64,000 nt of DNA from an uncultured Candidatus Saccharibacteria bacterium. Lineage in GTDB: Bacteria; Patescibacteriota; Minisyncoccia; Phycocordibacterales; UBA5272. The position numbers and the translations under genes were made by a program. Shown here piece after piece: positions 56,331-64,000 of this stretch. The stretch's first letter is position 1, and every line of letters starts with the position of its first letter. The notes below the pieces were generated by a model that saw only the letters and a list, made by a program, of their open reading frames with translations, did no database searches and had not been told where the DNA came from. Location: the NCBI GenBank assembly GCA_964544935.1, contig CAZJDZ010000002.1, forward strand, positions 30,668 to 94,667, read 5' to 3'.

Positions 56331-57020
56331 TTATGCAATTCCACATTCAGTAAGCAAAGTTTCAACTTGCTTAGTTGTTAGTTTATGTGCAGTTTTTTGT
56401 TTGAGACCATGAAGCACAAAAGACATGATACGTACTCGCTTGAGTGAAACAACGGTGAGGTTAAGTGCATTTAACATACGACGAATCTCATGCTTCTTAC
56501 CTTCAGTAAGAATAATACGAAGAGAGTACCCTTCGTTATAAATAGAAACAGCTTTCACAGGAGAGTATTGAGCTTCCTGAGTTCTAATTCCTTTTTTAAG
56601 AAGTGTAACAACACGAGGGGTAGCTTTTTCTCTAATAACAACCTCATATTCTTTTTCTCGTGCGAATTTTGGATTAAGGAGAGCATCAACAACACGGTAG
56701 TCATTACTGTACAGAAGCAACCCTTCACTCTCTTTGTCGAGTCTTCCAAGTGGTTCGCACTGAGGTAGTGCAGCAATCCTTCCTGTGACTTCGCCTCGAG
56801 GTTTATGATAGAGGGCGTAGACCATATCTTTTGCAATAGTTTTTACGGATACTTTATCATTCTTTAGAACTTTACTTCCAAGTGTTGCTATCTTGCCATT
56901 GATAGACACATGTCCTGCTGAAATACTTTCATCTATCGAGCGACGTGATCCAATACCTTCATCACGAAGAAAAACATTGAGTCTTTTTGGTTCTTGATTT
57001 GTAGCTTTAATTTCTTTCAT
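56331..57020 (-). CDS. RsuA/RluB-family pseudouridine synthase
   Basis: S4 domain, GRLDKESEGLL, EGKKHEIRRM. Confidence 0.93.
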   Translation of the reverse strand: MKEIKATNQEPKRLNVFLRDEGIGSRRSIDESISAGHVSINGKIATLGSKVLKNDKVSVKTIAKDMVYALYHKPRGEVTGRIAALPQCEPLGRLDKESEGLLLYSNDYRVVDALLNPKFAREKEYEVVIREKATPRVVTLLKKGIRTQEAQYSPVKAVSIYNEGYSLRIILTEGKKHEIRRMLNALNLTVVSLKRVRIMSFVLHGLKQKTAHKLTTKQVETLLTECGIA

Positions 57021-57040
57021 AATATATAGTGTGTGAATAG

Positions 57041-58216
57041 TTATCTAGTATCTTTCATTGGTAAGACATAGGAGATACTCCAGAGTATAGCGCATCCTAA
57101 GATAATAAACATAAGCTGAGGACGATCACCAATAAATGGTGCAATAATAATTCCAATTGTACCCACAAGAAGTGTCGCTAGTCCACGCATATTAATGAAT
57201 AGTGCGGTCAGAGAAGGGTCTTCTTTGTCAACTTTTTTAAAGTAGTAACTAAATGCCATTGTTTCTACAAATGAAGCTCCGATTCGAGAAATAAGAAAAA
57301 GTATTGTCCAAACTCTAATATCACTTGTTGTAATGACAACACAAAGAAATACGGTCACTGTAAGAGTGAGGAGACCAATAACCAGCATTTCTTTTTCACC
57401 AAATTTTGTATCAGCAAGAAGCCCAAGTTCGTACGGCAAAATAACAAGAGGGAGGAGCGCAATAGGAAGAATAATGGTCAAGTAACTTGTAAGAGAAACC
57501 CCGAGTGTTGTGAGGTAGATTGGAGAATAAATAATCATGACTGCATAAAATGCTTCAAGGACAAGTTCCGCAATAATAACAGCACGTAAGTTTTTATTTT
57601 TAAAAGCTTTAACTCCAGCAGTAATGACATCTACCTCGTGGTAGGCAGGTTCTTTCACGTGATGCAAGTATTTATAAAGAAAGAAAAGATATGGAACGAG
57701 AATGAGTGCAGAGATTGTATAAAGTGCGGAGAAGGACCCATGAGAAAGCGCAAGAATCTTGCCACCAATAAGCGGAGAGACAATAATGCCTAAATTAAGA
57801 ATTGCTAGAAAAAATCCTCGTATACTTCCTGTATTTGCGTGAGCACTAAAGCTTTCAATAAAAACGTTCAGACAAATAAAGAGTAATGTCTGTAACATAA
57901 AATGAATTATAAAAAAAATAGGAAGGAAGTAGGGGTTGTTTGTGTTACCAAAAAGAATAACGACAATTATTTCTGCAAGTGCAATCCCAAAAGTGAAATT
58001 ATACGTATGGAATTGTTTAATTGAACGAGCTACACGCAAAGAAGCAAGGAGCCCAAGTACACTACCTATAACATAAATAGCGCTTACGATTGAAGAATTA
58101 AAATATTTATGCAGGTATGAAGAGGTGGCATACAAAGGAATTGCATAATGAAGAGCATACAAAAAAGTCATCGCATATGTTGCGAGAAGGAGTTTATTTC
58201 GAAGAATTGTATGCAT
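57041..58216 (-). CDS. MFS transporter
   Basis: About 12 TMs, G.LAD.FGEK loop motif. Confidence 0.85.
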   Translation of the reverse strand: MHTILRNKLLLATYAMTFLYALHYAIPLYATSSYLHKYFNSSIVSAIYVIGSVLGLLASLRVARSIKQFHTYNFTFGIALAEIIVVILFGNTNNPYFLPIFFIIHFMLQTLLFICLNVFIESFSAHANTGSIRGFFLAILNLGIIVSPLIGGKILALSHGSFSALYTISALILVPYLFFLYKYLHHVKEPAYHEVDVITAGVKAFKNKNLRAVIIAELVLEAFYAVMIIYSPIYLTTLGVSLTSYLTIILPIALLPLVILPYELGLLADTKFGEKEMLVIGLLTLTVTVFLCVVITTSDIRVWTILFLISRIGASFVETMAFSYYFKKVDKEDPSLTALFINMRGLATLLVGTIGIIIAPFIGDRPQLMFIILGCAILWSISYVLPMKDTR

Positions 58217-58326
58217 AACTATTATGTAGTATAGCAGCTGTGTAGTTGTTTATGTAGAGCTTCCTGTTAATAGGTGTATCTAAAAAGACCCTGTACTACA
58301 GGGTCTTTTGTTAAGCTTCGTATCTC

Positions 58327-60207
58327 TTAGACACTAATAATTACAGGGATAATTACTGGACGTTTTGCTGTTTTTTGAAGCAAGAATTTGGTTGTTGCTT
58401 CTGCAATATCTTGTTTCATTTGATCAAGGTTAGTATACCCTCCACGAGCAAGTGAATCATCAATTACTTTCTTTGTAAGAAGACGTGTCTGGTAAAGGAG
58501 TTCTTGGGATTCTTTGAGATATACGAATCCACGAGAGATGAGATCAGGGGATTTTTTGAGTGTATGTGTGTGACTATCAATAACACCAATTACTACAAAC
58601 ATTCCATCTTCTGCAAGTGTCTGACGATCACGCATCACAACATCTTGAATTTTTCCAACGGAAGTTCCATCAACTACAATCATTTCACTAGGAGCTTTTT
58701 CTTTAAGCGCAATAATAGCCTTTCCTTCATTACGAATCTCAATAATCATCCCATTATCTGGAATAAGAATGTTATCTTCAGATGTTCCAAGTTTTCGTTC
58801 AAGGTCTGCATGAACACGAAGCATATAGTGGTATCCGTGAACAGGAATGAAAAATGTCGGATGAATCTTTCGGTGTATCCAAATAAGTTCCTCAGCGTTG
58901 GCGTGGCCTGAAGAGTGAACATCAGATGTTTTGTAGTGGATAAGATGAGCACCTTGACGTGAAAGTTTGTCTTTTAAGTTTTGAACAGCGCGTTCATTTC
59001 CAGGAACTACCGAAGAAGACATAAGAATCGTATCGCGCGGTGTAAGGCGGATAAATTTGTGAGTCTTGTTTGCAATTCTTCCAAGTGCAGCAAACTCTTC
59101 ACCTTGTTGACCAGTTGCTAAGATAATAAGTTTATTTTCTGGGTAGCGAACCATTTCCTCAAGAGGGATGAGTGTCTCTGGTTTAATTTTGAGCATGTTG
59201 GCAAGCTTTGCGATTTCAACGTTTGTCTTCATACTTCTTCCTTCTACAACAACTTTTTTACCATAACGCTCAGCAGTTTCAAGCATAAAAAGCATGCGCT
59301 CTACTTGTGAAGCAAAGGTACTAATGATCAGTCTCCCTGCTGTCTCACGAATAATAGTCTCAATGTTGCGGTATACAACACTATCAGAAATAGAAAATCC
59401 TGGATTCTCACAGTTTGTAGAGTCTGCCATAAGAAGAAGAGTTTTCCGGTCTTCAAACACTTTATAGCGATCTATCTCATCGTCAGTTGGAATACCATCA
59501 TTGTGTTCAAGGCGAAGATCTCCAGTGTGAACGATGTCCCCATACGGAGTTTCAATCATGATTCCCATAGAGTCTGGAATGGCATGAGTTACACCAAAGA
59601 AACGGACCTTGAGGTCACCAAGAGTTACTGCATCTCCTTTTTCAACAATATTAATGGTAAGTGGAGCAAGGTGAGGAAATTCTTCTTGTCGTTTCTTAAT
59701 CATGAGAGATGTAAAGAGGCGGGCGTAGATCTGAGGATTATCAATACGTGGCATGATATAAGGGATAGAACCAATATGGTCAAGATGCCCATGGGTAACG
59801 AGCACGCCCTTTATCTTATGCTTATGCTCTTCAAGATAGCGTGTGTTAGGGAGGATAAAATCAATCCCAGGAGTATTTGTTTCTGTAAATTGAACGCCAC
59901 AGTCAATGATTACAATAGTGTCCTTATATTCAACCATACTCATATTTCTCCCTATCTCTTCAACACCGCCAAGATGAATAACACGAATATCACCGTCCTT
60001 GAGAGGAGGAATGTGATCAGTTTCTCGTTTGCCTGTTACTGTTGTGTCAAATTTTGGACCAACCATTGAACGAGGAGGTCTATTGTTTCTTCCGCGGTTA
60101 CCGGTTCGGTTATTTTGCGGTTTGTATGTTTGAGGTACAGGTGAAGAAACTTCTCCTTGTGTAGGAGTTTCTGCGAGTAGTTCATTTGTTGATGTTGTAG
60201 GGTTCAT
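58327..60207 (-). CDS. rnj: ribonuclease J
   Basis: LGG.EEIGRNM, THGHLDHIG, HTGD, H.SGH, P.HG. Confidence 0.96.
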   Translation of the reverse strand: MNPTTSTNELLAETPTQGEVSSPVPQTYKPQNNRTGNRGRNNRPPRSMVGPKFDTTVTGKRETDHIPPLKDGDIRVIHLGGVEEIGRNMSMVEYKDTIVIIDCGVQFTETNTPGIDFILPNTRYLEEHKHKIKGVLVTHGHLDHIGSIPYIMPRIDNPQIYARLFTSLMIKKRQEEFPHLAPLTINIVEKGDAVTLGDLKVRFFGVTHAIPDSMGIMIETPYGDIVHTGDLRLEHNDGIPTDDEIDRYKVFEDRKTLLLMADSTNCENPGFSISDSVVYRNIETIIRETAGRLIISTFASQVERMLFMLETAERYGKKVVVEGRSMKTNVEIAKLANMLKIKPETLIPLEEMVRYPENKLIILATGQQGEEFAALGRIANKTHKFIRLTPRDTILMSSSVVPGNERAVQNLKDKLSRQGAHLIHYKTSDVHSSGHANAEELIWIHRKIHPTFFIPVHGYHYMLRVHADLERKLGTSEDNILIPDNGMIIEIRNEGKAIIALKEKAPSEMIVVDGTSVGKIQDVVMRDRQTLAEDGMFVVIGVIDSHTHTLKKSPDLISRGFVYLKESQELLYQTRLLTKKVIDDSLARGGYTNLDQMKQDIAEATTKFLLQKTAKRPVIIPVIISV

Positions 60208-60227
60208 ATTTTTTAATTAATTTTTAT

Positions 60228-61940
60228 TTAGTGGATAATATTTTGGACAGTCTCTAATATCGGCTTATAGTATGCTTTTGGCCAAATAGTATTTGTATAC
60301 CTATACCAGCTTTCTATTAATGCAAAACGAGAAGCATTGTCATAACTATAATCTGGAAGAGGGGAAATATTTTTATCATTAGTTATGTAAATAAGTGATG
60401 GAGCAAAAAGAAATATACCCGGAGTTTCTTCGGTGAATTCTTCTTTAACAGCATTGTATGCAGTAGCACGTTGACTTTCATCTCGTGCGGAGCGCAGTAT
60501 CTCAAGATTACTGTCTAGTTCTTTGCTTACATAGTTTGAAATATTAAGTCCAGGGTATGTTCTTTGGGATGAATGCCAAAATGCATAAAGATCAGAAGGG
60601 GATTCAGTAATTGCTCCAAAAAGAAGTGCTTGAAAATCTCTATCTTTAATAATGCTCTGGTTAAGATCAGAGACTTCATAAATAGAAACATTAGTACGAA
60701 CGCCAATTGCATCCCAATCATTTTTTATCATTTCAGCAACTTTTTTCATCTCGTCGGTATTTGCTGTTGCAAGAGTTATTTCCAGTGTTGTTGAAGCCTT
60801 GATTAGCTTACTCTTAGAAAGTAGCTCTTTTGCTTTCTCTGGGTTAAATTCTGAAGCTTCGGCTGTATTATCAAAAGGGTAAGGAGCATTAATAACTTTA
60901 CCATATTGATAGAGAACTTGATCAACAATTTCTTGCTTATTAATTGCAAACTGAAGTGCTTGCCGTACATTCTTATCTGAAAGTGGGGAAAGTTTGTTTG
61001 GGTTAAAAAATACAGCAAATGTTCTCGGAAGAAGTGATGTTTTTATTGTTGATGTTGCAACACCAAGAGAAACTACTTTATCTGGAGAAATCCCATGTAT
61101 CCTATTAATATTTTTGTTTTCAAAAGCTTTGAGAAGATATTTTTCATTCTGATAGGTGAGAATTGTGAGAGTTTCAACGTATGGCCTACCAAGAGTATAG
61201 TGCTTATGTGCTTTTAGGGTAAAAATAGTAGGAATCCCTGACTCTGTTTGTATGTCTTGTATTATATAAGGACCACTACCAACCGCATGAATATTAAAAT
61301 CACTAAGACTTATCTGATCTTCGTTAAGATTTTTCCAGATATGCTTTGGCAAAATTCCAAGTGATAGCGTATTCATGAAAAGAGGAAAAGGTTTTTTAAG
61401 TGTAAAAGTAATTTGTGTATCACTATTTTTTTCGATAGTTACCCCTTCCCATTCAATACGATGAGGACTCTTGATAAGTGGATTTTGAACAACGTTTATT
61501 GTATAAATAATATCATCTGCTGTAACAGCTTCACCGTCATGGAACTGTGCTTTTTCTTTAAGGGTAGCAACATACTGAAGTCCGTCTTCAGACTCAGTAA
61601 TATTTTCTGCTATATCAAGAATAATTGCACCAGTTTCATCTCGTTTTGTAAGTCCAGCAAATACAAGAGATGTTAAGTCTTTGTCTTGTTCGCTAGATGC
61701 AAGTACTGGGTTAATAAACCGCGGAGTACCTACTATCCCTTCTCTAATTTCTCCTCCGTATGTTGGTACAGTGATAAGAAATCGCTTGTTAAAAAAAACA
61801 AATGCAGCAAAGAATAAAATGATAGAAGTAATTATCAGCAAAAAAAGCACTAAAACTTTTTCTGGAGAAAGTGATGTATATACTCGGTTTAATTCTTTTC
61901 TAAACGTATTAATTTTAGTTGTGTAATGTGATTTGTCCAT
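60228..61940 (-). CDS. peptide ABC transporter substrate-binding protein (OppA/DppA family)
   Basis: G.PRFINP, FHDG..VTADD, VGSGPY, VRQAL..AIN. Confidence 0.9.
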   Translation of the reverse strand: MDKSHYTTKINTFRKELNRVYTSLSPEKVLVLFLLIITSIILFFAAFVFFNKRFLITVPTYGGEIREGIVGTPRFINPVLASSEQDKDLTSLVFAGLTKRDETGAIILDIAENITESEDGLQYVATLKEKAQFHDGEAVTADDIIYTINVVQNPLIKSPHRIEWEGVTIEKNSDTQITFTLKKPFPLFMNTLSLGILPKHIWKNLNEDQISLSDFNIHAVGSGPYIIQDIQTESGIPTIFTLKAHKHYTLGRPYVETLTILTYQNEKYLLKAFENKNINRIHGISPDKVVSLGVATSTIKTSLLPRTFAVFFNPNKLSPLSDKNVRQALQFAINKQEIVDQVLYQYGKVINAPYPFDNTAEASEFNPEKAKELLSKSKLIKASTTLEITLATANTDEMKKVAEMIKNDWDAIGVRTNVSIYEVSDLNQSIIKDRDFQALLFGAITESPSDLYAFWHSSQRTYPGLNISNYVSKELDSNLEILRSARDESQRATAYNAVKEEFTEETPGIFLFAPSLIYITNDKNISPLPDYSYDNASRFALIESWYRYTNTIWPKAYYKPILETVQNIIH

Positions 61941-61971
61941 AAGTGAGATTCACAAAGGACTATCTACGTAG

Positions 61972-62196
61972 TTAACGAATAACGATAGGGTAAAGAAGAG
62001 AAAGTACAAACAATACCGCAATAGTAATTGTTAGGCGGTGAAGTGACTTTTCTGCACCTCGTTTTTCGAGTGCGGCACCTGATCCTCCGTCAGCACCAAA
62101 AGCACCTGATGCGTCAGTATTAGCTCTTTGTATAAGAACAAGAGCTACAAGAAGAATCGCTAATAGTACGTGCACAATAGATAGCAATTGAAACAT
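61972..62196 (-). CDS. secG: preprotein translocase subunit SecG
   Basis: VLIQ...SGAFG...RGAEK.L..LT pattern, two TMs. Confidence 0.9.
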   Translation of the reverse strand: MFQLLSIVHVLLAILLVALVLIQRANTDASGAFGADGGSGAALEKRGAEKSLHRLTITIAVLFVLSLLYPIVIR

Positions 62197-62368
62197 GTGT
62201 ATATTCTAGCATAAAAAACTTCTTCTGCAAAATGTATAAAGCAAACAGTTATAGGGTTATGTAGGTTTGATTATTTGTATAAAATTCAAATTTTATGACT
62301 TGCACAAGAAATATCGATAAAAAGTGACTTATATACAAGTTCTTCTAGGTCACTAGCTTTTAGTGCTT

Positions 62369-64000
62369 TTAGTTTTCTAAAAGTTTTATTTCATCAGTAA
62401 TGATTGTTTTTTCACCATTTCTTGTTGAAACTTTACCTCGTACAACAAGCGGGGTGTCTAAAGTACACAAATTTTTATAGCGTTTATATGATTCAGGGAA
62501 TACTGCAACCTCAATAAAACCAACATAATCACGAAGAGTGAGGAGTGCCATCTTATCTCCCTTTTTTGTAGTTGTAATACGTATTTTTTCAATAATTACC
62601 GCAATAGAAACTTCCTTCCCATCAAGAATTACTGTGTGTACTTTTTCGATGTCCATATTCCTCGACTGAATTTTTTCTTTCCACGGATCAAGCGGGAATC
62701 CAGAGACGAATAAACCTAGAAGATCCTTCTCCCAAGATAGTCTTTGTTTTTGAGTTGCTTTATCAACTTTTTTCATAACAAAAGATGAATCTTGCGGTAT
62801 ATCAAAAAGACTTGTTTGAAGAAGGTTATCTTTAACCACATGTTTATGAAATTCTAGAATACTCTCTACATTTGCTAGAATTTCATTTCTTTCTGCAAAT
62901 GCATCCAATGCTCCACACATAGTGAGTGCCTCAAGTGATTTTTTGTTTAAATTTTTATGGGTAATACGTCTTATAAAGTTTTCAAAAGACACAAAAGGAC
63001 CGCGGTTCTTTCTTTCAGTAATAATTGCATCTGAAATATCAACACCAAGATTCTTTACTGTGTAGAGACCAAATCTAATTTCTTCTTTTCCGTTTTCGTC
63101 TAAAACAATACTAAAACCTCCTTCACTTTTATTGATATCAGGAGGAAGGATAACAATACCCATACGCTTACATTCAGAAACAATTTCTGAAATTTTTTCC
63201 ACATCACCACTTTCATTTGAAAGAATAGCCGTCATATAAGTAACAGGGAAGTTTGCTTTCATATAAGCAGTTTGGTAAGCAACTCTTCCATAACTTGCAG
63301 CATGAGCCTTGTTGAATCCGTAGGCAGCAAAAGGTTCAATAAGAGACCATAACTCCTGACCTTTTTTAACCGACAAACCATGCTCCAAAAACCCAGCCAA
63401 AAGCTTTTCTTTTTGTGCTTGCATTTCTGCTGGAATTTTTTTCCCCATTGCTTTACGAAGTTTGTCTGCTTCGAGCCAAGAATAGCCAGCAAGATGGATA
63501 GCAATAAGCATCACGTCGTCCTGATATACAATCACTCCAAAGGACTGATCAAGAATTGGCTCAAGACGTGGGTCAAGATATGAAACAAGAGACGGTTTAT
63601 GCTTTCTTTGGATATATTCTGGAATCATTTCAAGTGGGCCTGGACGATATAGCGCAACCATGGCATTGATATCAAAAATAGTTGTTGGCTTAAGTTCTTT
63701 TAAAAATCTAGTCATTCCAGAACCGTTCAATTGAAAGAGTCCCATGGTTTCTCCACGAGCAAGCATCGCAAAAGTTTTTTCATCTTCAAGTGAAATGTCT
63801 TCAATATCAACAGTAACCCCGTACCGTTCTTGTGTGAGAGCAATAGCATCTCCTAAAATTGTTAAGTTTCTAATTCCCAAGAAATCAAACTTTAAAAGTC
63901 CAGCATCTTCAATGGTATACATATCATACTGAGTGATTACTTTGCCGCCCTTAGGGTCCTTTTGTATAGGAGTAAACTCCCATAAAGGTAAAGGAGAGAT
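62369..64000 (-). CDS. dnaE: DNA polymerase III alpha subunit (5'-partial)
   Basis: GLLKFDFLG, ALYRPGP, FAAYGFNKAHA, LPPDIN, OB fold; ORF open to the window edge. Confidence 0.97.
   Translation of the reverse strand: MSPLPLWEFTPIQKDPKGGKVITQYDMYTIEDAGLLKFDFLGIRNLTILGDAIALTQERYGVTVDIEDISLEDEKTFAMLARGETMGLFQLNGSGMTRFLKELKPTTIFDINAMVALYRPGPLEMIPEYIQRKHKPSLVSYLDPRLEPILDQSFGVIVYQDDVMLIAIHLAGYSWLEADKLRKAMGKKIPAEMQAQKEKLLAGFLEHGLSVKKGQELWSLIEPFAAYGFNKAHAASYGRVAYQTAYMKANFPVTYMTAILSNESGDVEKISEIVSECKRMGIVILPPDINKSEGGFSIVLDENGKEEIRFGLYTVKNLGVDISDAIITERKNRGPFVSFENFIRRITHKNLNKKSLEALTMCGALDAFAERNEILANVESILEFHKHVVKDNLLQTSLFDIPQDSSFVMKKVDKATQKQRLSWEKDLLGLFVSGFPLDPWKEKIQSRNMDIEKVHTVILDGKEVSIAVIIEKIRITTTKKGDKMALLTLRDYVGFIEVAVFPESYKRYKNLCTLDTPLVVRGKVSTRNGEKTIITDEIKLLEN

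Overview
AT-rich bacterial chromosome segment, most likely Patescibacteria/CPR (Parcubacteria-like). This is inferred from the short IF2, truncated UvrC, Fe-S-free MutY-like protein, LeuRS with a Nudix insertion and sigma-r4/HTH protein. The standard genetic code applies (TGA is a stop). The backbone is housekeeping: tRNA-Leu, tRNA-Tyr, rbfA-infB, iscS, SOD, clpB, eno, an LDH-like/GpmA fusion with pyk, msrA, a MacAB-like ABC system, rnhB, leuS, mltG, uvrA, uvrC, nrdAB, FKBP, mutY-like, rnj, secG and partial dnaE. Main non-standard observations: (1) a covarying structured repeat downstream of both tRNAs that carries an antisense copy of the neighbouring tRNA's T-arm; (2) about ten orphan, mostly GC-rich, self-contained units (TTGACA promoter, structured leader with SD, ORF, terminator), some sharing flanks, whereas many housekeeping genes look leaderless; (3) a 7.0-9.1 kb array of GC-rich small peptide genes, two sharing a leader, including a repeat-containing Cys precursor and a ~630-nt highly structured transcript; (4) three more unexplained structured-RNA candidates and several dispersed palindrome or short-period repeat families. 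All calls come from reading the sequence; no searches or folding programs were run.
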